DNA of 34,378 nt, taken from positions 1 to 34,378 of the IMG/VR virus record IMGVR_UViG_3300020460_000009; one strand, written 5' to 3'. The DNA comes from a virus (lineage: Duplodnaviria > Caudoviricetes). The first letter of the stretch is position 1, and each line of letters opens with the position of its first letter. The notes below the pieces were generated by a model. It was not told where the DNA came from. It did no database searches and worked only from the letters and a program-made list of their open reading frames with translations. Shown piece after piece: positions 16,208-27,420 of the stretch. Made by a program: the position numbers and the translations under genes.

Positions 16208-16237
16208 ACTGTAATATTAACTAAATAGGAGATAGGA

Positions 16238-17062
16238 ATGGCAACTTCCATTACTACTGCCTTTATTAAGCAGTTTGAATCTGAAGTACATATGGCATAC
16301 CAACGTATGGGTTCTAAACTGAGAAATACAGTAAGACAGCTTAATAATGTAAAAGGCAACCAAGCGAGATTCCAGAAGGTGGGCAAAGGGTCTGCGACTG
16401 AAAAGTCAAGACACGCTAATGTTCCAACTATGGAAGTAACGCACAATACAGTTGACGTAACTCTATCTGATTTCTATGCGGCAGATTATGTTGATAGATT
16501 AGATGAGTTGAAAACTAACATTGATGAAAGACAAGTGCTTTCTCAATCAGCGGCGGCGGCATTGGGTAGAAAAACAGATCAACTTATTGTTGATGTACTT
16601 GATGCAGGGTCTAATAGTAACAACGTAGCACACGGGTCTGCGGCATTAACACTTGCTAAAGCCCTAACAGTTTACGAAGCATTTGGTGAAGCAGATGTAC
16701 CTGATGATGGACAAAGATACTTTGTCGTATCACCTGCAGGTTGGGCTGATCTTTTAACAATAGATCAGTTTTCAAGAGCAGAGTACATTGGTGAAAAAGA
16801 ATTACCATATGCAGGTGGTATGACGGCTAAGAGATGGTTAGGATTTTTATGGTTCACATTCTCTGGTTTGTCAATTTCTGGTACAACTAGAGATTGCCAC
16901 GCTTGGCACAGATCATCAGTTGGTCTTGCTATGGGTTCTGATATCAGAACTGAAGTAAACTATATTCCTGAAAAGGTCAGTAATCTAATCACTTCATATA
17001 TGTCTATGGGTGCTGTGATGATTGACAATGATGGTGCTATAGAATGTCAAATAACAGAATAG
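16238..17062 (+). CDS. Major capsid protein
   Basis: AFIKQFESEVHMAYQRMGSKLR...AALGRKTDQLI...RYFVVSP; strong RBS; follows the scaffold. Confidence 0.93.
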   Translation: MATSITTAFIKQFESEVHMAYQRMGSKLRNTVRQLNNVKGNQARFQKVGKGSATEKSRHANVPTMEVTHNTVDVTLSDFYAADYVDRLDELKTNIDERQVLSQSAAAALGRKTDQLIVDVLDAGSNSNNVAHGSAALTLAKALTVYEAFGEADVPDDGQRYFVVSPAGWADLLTIDQFSRAEYIGEKELPYAGGMTAKRWLGFLWFTFSGLSISGTTRDCHAWHRSSVGLAMGSDIRTEVNYIPEKVSNLITSYMSMGAVMIDNDGAIECQITE

Positions 17063-17072
17063 GAGAAAACTA

Positions 17073-17321
17073 ATGGCTTTTACTCAAGCAAACTTAAAAA
17101 AGATTGCAGGTGGTGGAGATCAGAATGTTTATCTCTACAACTCTGCAGATGCTGTAGGTACTATTGCAGGATCTGGATATTTTAACAATGCTACCAATCA
17201 GCTTAAACAGAATGATGTAATCATTGCTGTTGGGTCTACAGGTGGCACAAGAACAGTAGATGTCCTTGTTGTATCAAGTGCAACAGCGGCGGCTACAGTT
17301 ACTTGTATTAATGGTACATAG
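17073..17321 (+). CDS. Putative capsid decoration/minor structural protein
   Basis: Small beta-rich protein with a strong RBS, between the capsid gene and a terminator hairpin. Confidence 0.6.
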   Translation: MAFTQANLKKIAGGGDQNVYLYNSADAVGTIAGSGYFNNATNQLKQNDVIIAVGSTGGTRTVDVLVVSSATAAATVTCINGT

Positions 17322-17327
17322 GGTATT

Positions 17328-17345
17328 GGGGGAGGCGACTCCCCC
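17328..17345 (+). terminator. Hairpin gggggag-GCGA-ctccccc; attenuating terminator after the capsid genes
   Basis: 7-bp stem with a GNRA loop and a weak U tract. Confidence 0.7.
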
Positions 17346-17357
17346 GATATTTAGATT

Positions 17358-17975
17358 ATGGTAAGTAAAATAGATATATGTAATCAAGGATTAGTTTTAA
17401 TTGGAGCAAACACTATTGCTTCTTTTACTGACAATACAACAGAAAGTAAGGTTGCTAATCAACTTTATGAAACAACATTGCGTTCTATGTTAACAAAAGC
17501 TAGATGGAGATTTGCTTCTAAACAAGCACAACTTTCAAAACTTGCAACCGATCCTTTAGATAAATGGGATTCTGCATACCAAATACCTAATGATGCAATA
17601 TTAATACACACACTTACAGTTTCGGATAATGTTATTGTATTTGATAGATACAACGAAGAATTATTTACAAACACAAGTACTAACGATATTGTTGTTTGTC
17701 ATTACACATATCAACCACACGAAGCAGAATTACCAGACTATTTTGTACAAGCCCTTGTATTTGAACTTGCTAGTTTATTTGCAGGTGCAATAGCAAGAAA
17801 TGATAATTTGTCTACACTATATCAAAGACGTGCTCAACAACAATTATTACTAGCACGTAGTACAGAATCACAAACACAAACTACAAGAAAATTGAACACA
17901 AGTTTACTTATAGAAGTAAGAAATAGAGGAACTGCAGATGGTATTAGAGCAGTTGTACCAAGTAGCAGTAGTTAA
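17358..17975 (+). CDS. Tail tubular protein A (adaptor)
   Basis: SKIDICNQGLVLIG...WRFA...YQIPND; synteny. Confidence 0.85.
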   Translation: MVSKIDICNQGLVLIGANTIASFTDNTTESKVANQLYETTLRSMLTKARWRFASKQAQLSKLATDPLDKWDSAYQIPNDAILIHTLTVSDNVIVFDRYNEELFTNTSTNDIVVCHYTYQPHEAELPDYFVQALVFELASLFAGAIARNDNLSTLYQRRAQQQLLLARSTESQTQTTRKLNTSLLIEVRNRGTADGIRAVVPSSSS

Positions 17976-17978
17976 TGA

Positions 17979-20435
17979 ATGGCAATACAACGTGTACACC
18001 AAAACAGTTTTACTCGTGGAGAAGTTGATGAAACTGTTATATCACGAACTGATATAGCCGCATTTCAACAATCACTTAAAAAAGCTAGAAATGTTTTTGT
18101 TTTAAATCAAGGCCCTGTTGAAAGACGACAAGGAACTTTGTTTAGATATGATTTAGGTGAATCTACTAGAATAGAACCATTTATATTTAATGAAAATCAA
18201 GAATATATAATTGCATTTCAAAATACTAAATGTAAAATTTTTTCTACTAATGGTACATTATTGCAAAGTTTTACAAGCTGTGCGTGGACTACAAGTAATC
18301 TATTTGAACTTACTTATACGCAACAAGCGGATACAATGATAATTACTCACAATGATTTTAAACCCAAAATAATTACACGAACAGGAGCAACAACATTTAC
18401 TATTACAGATTTTGCATTTAAAGAAAGTACAAATCAAGACCAAGTGTATCAACCATATTTTAAATTTGCTGAAGATTCTATTACACTAGATATTGACCAA
18501 ACAACAGCACAAACAGGTGTAACCTGTACAACAAGTGCAGATTACTTTTCAGCAACTATGGTAGGAACACGTATACGTTATCACGAATCTGAATTATTAA
18601 TTACTGCCTATACCAATCCAACAACAGTAACAGCTACATTAAAAAAAGATGTAAGAATAGAATTAGATGATGACCCTTTAAAAAGTGAAGAAGGAAGTGG
18701 TACAGTTACAGTATTGCATCCTGCACACGGCTTTGCAAATGGTGCTAGTGTAACTATAGAAGGTGCAGAGTCTATACTTAATGAAGATGGTAATGGATTG
18801 GCGGCAGGTAATTTAAATGGCACATTTACTATAGCTGTATTAGATGACGATAGATATACCTATACAGCGGGTTCAAGTGATACAGGAGGAGATTCAGCAG
18901 ATGGAGGAGGTACTAATGTAAGAATTATAGGACACCCACCAACAAAACAATGGGATGAGCAAGTGTATAGTGATTACAATGGTTATCCTACTACGTGTAA
19001 ATTTCATCAACAAAGATTATTTTTTGCAGGCGGTGCAATAAGTGATTTTGTTGCCGGTAGCAAAACAGCAGATTTTTTTAATTTTGATGTTGGAGCAGGT
19101 GAGGATACAGACTCTATACAGATTGCTATATCATCTGATCAAATAAATGAAATACGACATTTAGTATCTGGTAAACATTTAGAAATATTTACAAGTACAG
19201 GTGAGTTTTATCTTAAACCACAAGTAGGTAGACCACTTACACCATCAGATTTAAAATTAGAAAGACAATCTAGTTTAGGTGCTACCCAAAAATGTATGCC
19301 ACGATTGTTTGATGGTGCGGCAATATTTGTACAACCTAATGGTAAAACTGTAAGAGAGTTTTTTTATAATACAGCTACGGAAGATTATGTTCCAACTGTA
19401 TTAACATTTTTATCACCACAAGCAGTTAATGACCCTACAGATACAGGTATTATAAAATCAACAGGTGCAAAAACAGAACAGTTTATTTTATTTGCAAATA
19501 GTGATGGTTCATTAGGTGTATTTTCTGCACAAAGACAAGAAAAACTAGCAGGGTGGGTAATATGGCAAACAGATGGTAGTTTTTTATCCACAGCAGGTAT
19601 TACTTCATTTTTATATACTGTTGTTAAAAGAACAGTAAATGGTGCAGATAAATATTATTTAGAACAAATATCTAATTCGCAATTTGCATTACCCACAGAT
19701 TGTTCAGTAAGTAAAATATTATCGGGATCATATCAGCCACACGGCACAGTATTAGTAAATGGTGCTGTAACGTCAAGTAGACAACTTACACTAGATGGTT
19801 TTACTAATGCACCAACAACAGGAGAAAAATTTAAAATTGGTGGTGCATCTACAGAATATATAATACAAAGTGCAAATGCTACAGGAACTTCTGGTGAATA
19901 TATAGTTGTTATTGATCAAACAGTTTCGGCATCTGATAATGCTACAATAGAGTTTACAACAAGTCGTGTGTTTACAGGACTTAATACTAACCCTGATTTA
20001 CGTGGAAAAATTGTACACGCTACATCTGGATCTGATGAAGAAGATGATATACGATACTATGGTTCAGGAACAGTATCGTCAGGAGGGGTAGTTAATTTTC
20101 AATTACCGGCAAGTGCGTGTGATATAGGATTAAACTATACAGTTGAAATAGAAACACTACCTATTGATTCTGTTCAACCAATAAGAGGTTTAGGATCTAC
20201 ATATGGTTATCCTCGTAAAATAGGTAAAACTATATTGGAATTATCTAAAACATATAATTTACAAGTAAATACTAATGATGTATTGCTTAATGATAATGGA
20301 TTACAAATGGTAGGATATACAGGAAAAAAAGATATACATACATTAGGATATACACAAACTCCTTTTGTTTCTATAACACAAACTGTGCCTGTGCCTTTTA
20401 GAATATTGGCTATAACTTCGGAGGTATATTTCTAA
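17979..20435 (+). CDS. Tail tubular protein B (nozzle)
   Basis: NSFTRGE...GPVERRQGT...YP...FHQQRLFFAG; 818 aa. Confidence 0.88.
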   Translation: MAIQRVHQNSFTRGEVDETVISRTDIAAFQQSLKKARNVFVLNQGPVERRQGTLFRYDLGESTRIEPFIFNENQEYIIAFQNTKCKIFSTNGTLLQSFTSCAWTTSNLFELTYTQQADTMIITHNDFKPKIITRTGATTFTITDFAFKESTNQDQVYQPYFKFAEDSITLDIDQTTAQTGVTCTTSADYFSATMVGTRIRYHESELLITAYTNPTTVTATLKKDVRIELDDDPLKSEEGSGTVTVLHPAHGFANGASVTIEGAESILNEDGNGLAAGNLNGTFTIAVLDDDRYTYTAGSSDTGGDSADGGGTNVRIIGHPPTKQWDEQVYSDYNGYPTTCKFHQQRLFFAGGAISDFVAGSKTADFFNFDVGAGEDTDSIQIAISSDQINEIRHLVSGKHLEIFTSTGEFYLKPQVGRPLTPSDLKLERQSSLGATQKCMPRLFDGAAIFVQPNGKTVREFFYNTATEDYVPTVLTFLSPQAVNDPTDTGIIKSTGAKTEQFILFANSDGSLGVFSAQRQEKLAGWVIWQTDGSFLSTAGITSFLYTVVKRTVNGADKYYLEQISNSQFALPTDCSVSKILSGSYQPHGTVLVNGAVTSSRQLTLDGFTNAPTTGEKFKIGGASTEYIIQSANATGTSGEYIVVIDQTVSASDNATIEFTTSRVFTGLNTNPDLRGKIVHATSGSDEEDDIRYYGSGTVSSGGVVNFQLPASACDIGLNYTVEIETLPIDSVQPIRGLGSTYGYPRKIGKTILELSKTYNLQVNTNDVLLNDNGLQMVGYTGKKDIHTLGYTQTPFVSITQTVPVPFRILAITSEVYF

Positions 20436-20926
20436 TGTGTGGAGCAGTATTAGGATTTTTTGGTAGTCTATTTAGTAACGAAAATGATCTCATTAGAGCA
20501 CAAATGGATATGCAAACAAGAATAGCGGCAGAACAAAAAAAAATGTATGAATCACGTGCACAAGCAGAAGTATTAGCAATGGAACAAAAAATGAATGCAC
20601 TTAAAGAAGATGCAAGACAAAAGAAAAAAAAGAACCAAGCACAATTTGCATCTTCTGGTTTGCTTTTTGATTCACCATCCTATGGTGCATTCCTTAAAGA
20701 AAATAAAAGATTACTTAAAAAGGATTTACAAAATGCTAAACTAATGGGATATGAACGAGCAGAAAATGCTATGTTTGGTGCACGACAAGCAGTATTATCT
20801 GGACAAGCAGCACAAATAGAAGGACAAGCAAAATTATCAGCTAGAAGAACAAGACTTCTTGGACAAGCAGGTCAAGCAGTAGGTGATGTAATAGGATTAG
20901 GAATGGATATTTATTCTTTAACATAG
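20435..20926 (+). CDS. Putative internal virion (ejection) protein, gp14-like
   Basis: MC start; Ala/Gln-rich helical; follows the nozzle gene. Confidence 0.6.
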   Translation: MCGAVLGFFGSLFSNENDLIRAQMDMQTRIAAEQKKMYESRAQAEVLAMEQKMNALKEDARQKKKKNQAQFASSGLLFDSPSYGAFLKENKRLLKKDLQNAKLMGYERAENAMFGARQAVLSGQAAQIEGQAKLSARRTRLLGQAGQAVGDVIGLGMDIYSLT

Positions 20927-20929
20927 ATT

Positions 20930-23317
20930 ATGGCAGAACGATATAAACCAAAAGTAGACTATGTATCTCAAATAGCGGTACAACAACCCTTTGGAGCACA
21001 AAAGGTTGCACGAGCATTTGAAGTTGCACAAAGAGAACAAGAACAAGCAAATGAGGTATTATTTAAAGGTGCTGAATCATTAGGTCGTGCTGTTGAAAAA
21101 GTTAAAACTAAAAAAGATATAGAAAATTTTACAGTAGATTTTGAAACTATAGATAAGGTAGATGCACAAGGTAATGAGTATTCAATAGAACGCCCAAAAC
21201 CTATGAAAAACAAAGTGTTTTTCTTTCAAGAAAATCGTCAACAATATGAAAAATTTGCGGCACTAAAAACAAAACAAGAAATTTCACGAAGTCTGCAACA
21301 ACAAGCAGGTGATATAAAAAGACGGGTACAAACAGAGTTTGGTAATAATCCGCAAGAGTTTATAGCACAAATGCAACCGGTATTAGAAACAATTAAAGAA
21401 GCCTTGCCATCAAAATTTTATAATTTATTAGAAGGTGATATAGATGATATATATGCACAAAATGTTACTAGTATTGAAAATTCATTTGCTCAAGAACAAC
21501 AACGAGCACAAAATGCAGAATATGAAGATTATATAAATGTGACATCAAATACTATTATATCTCATTTAAATAATAATAAGTTAGATACAGCTAAATATTT
21601 AATTAATGAAATAGAAGAATCTGGTATTGATTGGAAACAAACAAGTAGTAGTGCTCGTATTGGACATAATACTAACATACAATCACTAAAAGATACTGTA
21701 GGTTTTTATGAAAAATATGGTAGCTATTTGCCCGGACTTTCAATAGCTGATCAAACACCAAATGGACAAGCAATAAATTTACATAATCTAAATTCTTTTA
21801 AAGCATTAATAGATGGTGTAGGTGATGTAAAATTATTTAGTAGAAAAAACAATATTGATACTCCAGATGTTACTATAACTTTAGATCAATTTAATAATGA
21901 TTTTGCACTTAATAGTAAAAGTCGTACTGCTTTACGAACAGCAATAACACGTAGAATATCTATGTTAGATACAGAAACATCTACAGATAATTTAAATGAT
22001 AAGTTATTTAGGTTAGCTGATTTTGTAGGTGGAGAAAATCAATTAAAAGGTAATACTAGTATTGAGTTTGTTAATTTAACCTCTTTACTAAGTAGTTCTA
22101 AACCAGAAGAACGACAGGCGGCGTTTGCTATATTTAAAGCCAATCCAAAATATGGAATAACAGAAGGCAATGAATTTGATGCTAATAATGTATCACATTA
22201 TTCTATACCTATTCTTCATCAGTTTGCTTCTGGTAAATTAAAAACAGTTATAGAAAATAAAATTTTTAGTAAAGATATTAAATTTTTAAATGAGTTGTTA
22301 AGTTTTACTGTGGCTAATCAATATGGCACAACTTACAATGCTAGTCATTTAGATTTATCTCCAACAACAGAAAGATACCTTACTTATTTAAGTCAAATAC
22401 GAGTTGGCAGAGATTTAGAAGAACAAGACCTGCACGAAATAACATCTTTTGAAGCATTAGAAAGGGATATAAGTGATGTTAAAACAAGTCAAAAAATGAC
22501 AAATATAGAAGATGGAGTAAGGGATGCAGTAACTAATTTATTTGAAGGTACATTTAATCGCAATGAATTTCAACATATTGATCCAACTATAAGAGATCAT
22601 ATACAAAATAGAATAATAAATAATATACATTTTTTGAATTTAGAAAAAGGTGCAGTAACAGAAGAAGCAACTAGAATAGCACAAAACTTAAAAGATAAAG
22701 GTATTATTGGTATAAGTGAATTTAACACAGCAGGTAAAACTAAAGGTGAAAGGGCTACTGCATTTGATGATTTTCTAGGGGGTATACGTTTAGCAGGAAA
22801 AACTAAGTATGAAGACCTTACGTGGTATCCTATAAACAGATTTTATATAGTTAATCCTAATACCGGCAAAGTAGATAGTAAATTTATTGAAGCAATGATG
22901 TATAAAAAATTTTTAGAATCTGATCAAAATGCAGAACGAGATACACCAAATCCAAAATATAAAAAAGGATTTTTGTTTATTACGCCTGTTGTACAAGATG
23001 GTAGAGCACCTATAAGAGATGCTGATAAAATGGAATATACAATAAAAGTAATAGGGCCAGAAGGAGAAAGAGAATTAACAAAAAATGGTGAAACAATATT
23101 TTTGCGACCCCAAATAGAAAGAGCAGAAGTAGATAAGTTTAATACATCACAAGGGCGAACACGTAGATTAATTAAAGATATAAGTGAAGAAACAAGGTAT
23201 CAAACAGAAGTTAATGGAGAAGCAGGATACAAACAAATACTAAGTGATTTAAATTTAGTTGATGATGAAGAAGCATATAAAAAATATTTTAATGAATATA
23301 CAAAAGACATACCTTAA
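20930..23317 (+). CDS. Putative internal virion protein, gp15-like position
   Basis: 795-aa helical ORF; assigned by synteny only. Confidence 0.55.
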   Translation: MAERYKPKVDYVSQIAVQQPFGAQKVARAFEVAQREQEQANEVLFKGAESLGRAVEKVKTKKDIENFTVDFETIDKVDAQGNEYSIERPKPMKNKVFFFQENRQQYEKFAALKTKQEISRSLQQQAGDIKRRVQTEFGNNPQEFIAQMQPVLETIKEALPSKFYNLLEGDIDDIYAQNVTSIENSFAQEQQRAQNAEYEDYINVTSNTIISHLNNNKLDTAKYLINEIEESGIDWKQTSSSARIGHNTNIQSLKDTVGFYEKYGSYLPGLSIADQTPNGQAINLHNLNSFKALIDGVGDVKLFSRKNNIDTPDVTITLDQFNNDFALNSKSRTALRTAITRRISMLDTETSTDNLNDKLFRLADFVGGENQLKGNTSIEFVNLTSLLSSSKPEERQAAFAIFKANPKYGITEGNEFDANNVSHYSIPILHQFASGKLKTVIENKIFSKDIKFLNELLSFTVANQYGTTYNASHLDLSPTTERYLTYLSQIRVGRDLEEQDLHEITSFEALERDISDVKTSQKMTNIEDGVRDAVTNLFEGTFNRNEFQHIDPTIRDHIQNRIINNIHFLNLEKGAVTEEATRIAQNLKDKGIIGISEFNTAGKTKGERATAFDDFLGGIRLAGKTKYEDLTWYPINRFYIVNPNTGKVDSKFIEAMMYKKFLESDQNAERDTPNPKYKKGFLFITPVVQDGRAPIRDADKMEYTIKVIGPEGERELTKNGETIFLRPQIERAEVDKFNTSQGRTRRLIKDISEETRYQTEVNGEAGYKQILSDLNLVDDEEAYKKYFNEYTKDIP

Positions 23318-23319
23318 TA

Positions 23320-26300
23320 ATGTTTAATACACCACCACAACTACACGCACAATTACCAAAAGAAAAACAAAAACTTGAGTTTTCTCGTAATACTGTAAGT
23401 CCAATAAAACGAGATGTAGAGTATCCAATACAACCAATATCACAATTTTATAATGATGAACAATCAGGATTTGCAAACATTAGAGATGCGTTTTTTACGG
23501 AAACAACTATGGGTGCGTTTGCTGATAGATTATTGTATGAAAACGAAAAACTACCTCCACCAGATCCTACGTTTAATCCTTTTAGTGATATTGTAGGGTA
23601 TGAAGATTATGCTAACGCATTTGTAGGTTCGTATAATCAAGCAATGAATAATAGAATAAAAAGTCGTATTGATCGTCAATTATATAGAAAAGAACGTAGA
23701 GGCGACCCAACCTTTCTATCTAGTTTAGGAGCACAAGCATTTGAACCAATTAATTATATGCCAATCTTTTGGATAAAAGGTGGTAGTTTTTTTTACAATG
23801 CAATTAAAGCCGGTGCACAAGTTGGAGCATTAGAATTACCAAATCAATATGTACGATATAAACTTGATCCTACAGTAACGACATCTGAAATGTATTCAAG
23901 TGCAGGATATGCTACACTTTTTAGTAGTGTATTAGTTGGTGCATTATCTAAATTTAGAGGAAGGTTTGGTGAAGAAGAAACAATAAAACAATTTGGTACA
24001 AAAAAAACAGATGAATGGTTTTCAAGATATTTTAAGCAACACGACAAAGCTGAAAATAAAATGAATTTAAATAATACAACATTTGATTTTGATCCTAGAA
24101 ATTTAGAATCTGGAATTGTATATGCAAAAAGTAAAACAGATCGTAATTTTTATAATCAAGATAAAAAACCTAATACAACAAGTGGGCACGTTAAAGCTAA
24201 AATTTTAAATAATTCTGCAGATCCTGATAAAAGATTTGAATCATTTTCTAATATATACACAGATGCACAAATACGAAATAAATTAAATAATCCATTAGAT
24301 AAAGAATTACCTCTTGATATTACAGCAGTTGCAAAAGTTGCAGAATATAAAGAGAAAAAAAAGGTAGTGTTTTTTGATGAGGTAGTAGCACGAGCACAAT
24401 TTGCAAAAAAACTACACGTTGAACAATTTAAACAATTAAATTTACCATTACCAGATTTTTTTAAATCTGTTGATGATTGGTTTCATTTTAATGTTACACG
24501 TGCAATAGCAGAAAAAGTTTATGTGCCAAAACAAAAAGGTGAAAATAAAATACAGCATCAACGCCGTGCAACAGAATGGACAGTTAATTATATTAAAAGA
24601 CCAGAGAATGCGTACTCTGTTACTGATTATGAAGGTATGTTAAAAACATTAGAAAAATTAAGTCCGTTACGTCGTGGTTTAGAAACTGTATTTAAAAGCA
24701 AAACATTGTCTAATGAACAAAAAACTAAACTAACACGAGATTTGTATGGTACTACAGGTAATGGTTCTACTCGTTTACATCTAAATAAAATGGGTATTGC
24801 ATCTCCGCAATCTATACAAATTAATATGTTAAATATACATTTTGCTAATTATATGAAAGCATCTAATGCCCTACAAAATGCGTATAGTAAATTTTATGGA
24901 TTTGATTCTACTACAAGTAATTTTCAACAACGATTTACAGGTGCGGCAATAAGCACACGTATAGCAAAAGATAGAGCCAAAAATTTTTTACTAGGCCAAC
25001 GAGAAAAAAGTAAAGTACATATGACTAAAGAAGAATTTTTTGAATTAGTAGGAGAATCACGAATTGATCCTACTCGTTTACAAAAATTTACTGAAGAACA
25101 ACAAGCGGCAATACGAGAAGGAATGAAAGCATCAGAAGAATTTTTTGATGTATATTTAAAAGAAGCAAGTAATCTAGGAATGTTTGCAAATCAAAATAGT
25201 GTTGGTGCTATTATAGAAAGATTGCGACCTGTTCTTAAAGAAGTTACTGATTATTTAGATGATACAAGTATAAAAAAAACAAAAGCACAAATAAAAAGAG
25301 CCGAAAAATTAAAAACAAGATTAACAAAAGACTTAGAAAGTCATACACAAGACATTAGAATATTACCTAATGATACATCTATATTAGAAGGTTATGTACC
25401 TTTAATGCCACGTAGAGATAAAATATTAGCAAATCCATTAAAATTTAAAGCAATTTTACGAAATACTTTTGAAAGAATAACACCAAAAAGTAAAGCTGAT
25501 CCTAAGTATCAAAATATAAAAACAAAAATTATAAGACGAGGATTACACAAAGAATACAGAATATTGACAGATTTTGAATTAAACAACAAACAAACATCTC
25601 AAGCATTTAAAAATGTTTATCTTGGACAAGAAAGAGAACTACTTATAAGAGCACAAGTAGATATTGAATATGGTCGTATGTTACACGAAACTGCGGCATT
25701 TAATGATATAGATAATATTAATCAAATAGACAAAACATATACAGGTAAAGGTAAAATAGGCACTCGTCATTTATTAGAAAGAACACCTATAGATCCAAAA
25801 GAAATTATAGATTTTATTGAAACGGATATAAATCATTTAATGAAGATGTATCAAAAAAAAATGGGTGGAGCAATAGAATTTACAAAACGATATGGCGATC
25901 CACATATGCGAGATTATCTTAACAATTTAGAATTAGAATTAATACAAACCGGTGTAAAAGATACAGAAATAAATAAAATATTAAACTCATTTATTGATGA
26001 AAAAGATAAAATAATAGGTACTTTTTTTACAGGAGATCCTGCATCTTTTACATCACGTGCTGTAATGCTTGTTAAAAATATGATTAATCTTGCGTATATG
26101 GGAACAAGTAGTGTTGCGGCAATACCTGAAACAGCACGACCAATAATGGCTCACGGCTTTGAAACTGTAATGGATAAAGGTATGGGTACACGAGCATTTT
26201 TTGGTGTACTAGATGATTTTTCTAAAGCCAATCTAAAAGATATGCAACAATATGCACCTCTAATAGAAATGTCGTCTGTTTCAACTAATAAATATGTAGC

Positions 26301-27420
26301 TGATGGTGGTATATCTCTTGATGCTACAAGAAGTGGTAGTGTACTTGACAAATATTTTGGACAATATGCAGAAAGAGCACAAGAAATATTTTTTATTGCC
26401 AACGGATTACAACCTATAACTCATTGGCAAAAAACTTTTACATCATTATTGTCATTACATAGATTTATAGAAGATTCTATAGCTTGGTCAAAAGGCAAAC
26501 TTAATAAAAAAAGTCAAGAAAGAATGTTGTCATATGGCATAGATGAAGAAACAGCTAAACTTATTGCTCGTATGCCATTTGATACAATGACACAAGGGCC
26601 GAATATTAAACCTGTATATTTAGCTAATGTATCTAAATGGGATACTATTGAAGGTGGTATGACGGCAAGAGAACGATTTATGAATGCTGTAAGACAAGAT
26701 ACAGATAGACAAATTGTAACACCTACGTCTGCAGATCAACCAAATATGATGAGTGGTGTAATAAGAATAAACAGCGAATTAGTTAATAATTTATGGGAAA
26801 ACAAAGCATTTAGAACATTTATGCAATTTGTAACTGCAGGTAATATAGATAAAACACAGTTTGGTATAAAATTAAATGCCATGCCTATACAACTTTTAAC
26901 ACAATTTTATTCTTGGGCAATGGGAGCAAACACAAAAGTATTATTATCTATGGCACAAGGGAGAGAACCATTAGCACATACAATAACAGGATTGTTTGCT
27001 ATAATAGGATTAGGTGGATTATCTGATAGAATTAAAAATCCAGATTATTATGAAAATAAATCAACAGCAGAAAAAATTGTTAGATCAATAGAACTATCGG
27101 GAGCATTAGCTTTATTAGGTGATTTAAATTTTTCTTTAGAAACTATATCACAAGGTATGTTTGGCACACCAATAGGTATAAGACCTTTAATTGGTGCAGA
27201 ACCACGTTTTGCAAACCCTGATGAACACTCTGCAATAGGAGAAGTTATAGGAGCAGGACCAGAAGCTATGTATGATGTCATACGTATTTTTGCTGACCCT
27301 GACTTGTCTAATGAAGAAAAACATAATACAATAAAACGACTTTTGCCACTTAGTAATTTACACTATATAGGAGATGGTATAAGAAATTTATATGATATAG
27401 CATTTGGAATTGAAGAATGA
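23320..27420 (+). CDS. Putative large internal virion protein, gp16-like position
   Basis: 1366 aa; precedes the tail fibre; C-terminus ...IKRLLPLSNL is typical of such proteins. Confidence 0.6.
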   Translation: MFNTPPQLHAQLPKEKQKLEFSRNTVSPIKRDVEYPIQPISQFYNDEQSGFANIRDAFFTETTMGAFADRLLYENEKLPPPDPTFNPFSDIVGYEDYANAFVGSYNQAMNNRIKSRIDRQLYRKERRGDPTFLSSLGAQAFEPINYMPIFWIKGGSFFYNAIKAGAQVGALELPNQYVRYKLDPTVTTSEMYSSAGYATLFSSVLVGALSKFRGRFGEEETIKQFGTKKTDEWFSRYFKQHDKAENKMNLNNTTFDFDPRNLESGIVYAKSKTDRNFYNQDKKPNTTSGHVKAKILNNSADPDKRFESFSNIYTDAQIRNKLNNPLDKELPLDITAVAKVAEYKEKKKVVFFDEVVARAQFAKKLHVEQFKQLNLPLPDFFKSVDDWFHFNVTRAIAEKVYVPKQKGENKIQHQRRATEWTVNYIKRPENAYSVTDYEGMLKTLEKLSPLRRGLETVFKSKTLSNEQKTKLTRDLYGTTGNGSTRLHLNKMGIASPQSIQINMLNIHFANYMKASNALQNAYSKFYGFDSTTSNFQQRFTGAAISTRIAKDRAKNFLLGQREKSKVHMTKEEFFELVGESRIDPTRLQKFTEEQQAAIREGMKASEEFFDVYLKEASNLGMFANQNSVGAIIERLRPVLKEVTDYLDDTSIKKTKAQIKRAEKLKTRLTKDLESHTQDIRILPNDTSILEGYVPLMPRRDKILANPLKFKAILRNTFERITPKSKADPKYQNIKTKIIRRGLHKEYRILTDFELNNKQTSQAFKNVYLGQERELLIRAQVDIEYGRMLHETAAFNDIDNINQIDKTYTGKGKIGTRHLLERTPIDPKEIIDFIETDINHLMKMYQKKMGGAIEFTKRYGDPHMRDYLNNLELELIQTGVKDTEINKILNSFIDEKDKIIGTFFTGDPASFTSRAVMLVKNMINLAYMGTSSVAAIPETARPIMAHGFETVMDKGMGTRAFFGVLDDFSKANLKDMQQYAPLIEMSSVSTNKYVADGGISLDATRSGSVLDKYFGQYAERAQEIFFIANGLQPITHWQKTFTSLLSLHRFIEDSIAWSKGKLNKKSQERMLSYGIDEETAKLIARMPFDTMTQGPNIKPVYLANVSKWDTIEGGMTARERFMNAVRQDTDRQIVTPTSADQPNMMSGVIRINSELVNNLWENKAFRTFMQFVTAGNIDKTQFGIKLNAMPIQLLTQFYSWAMGANTKVLLSMAQGREPLAHTITGLFAIIGLGGLSDRIKNPDYYENKSTAEKIVRSIELSGALALLGDLNFSLETISQGMFGTPIGIRPLIGAEPRFANPDEHSAIGEVIGAGPEAMYDVIRIFADPDLSNEEKHNTIKRLLPLSNLHYIGDGIRNLYDIAFGIEE

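Noticed and set aside
17040-17075. T7 10A/10B-type capsid frameshift or readthrough
   Set aside because: No slippery sequence is evident, and the next gene has its own strong RBS.
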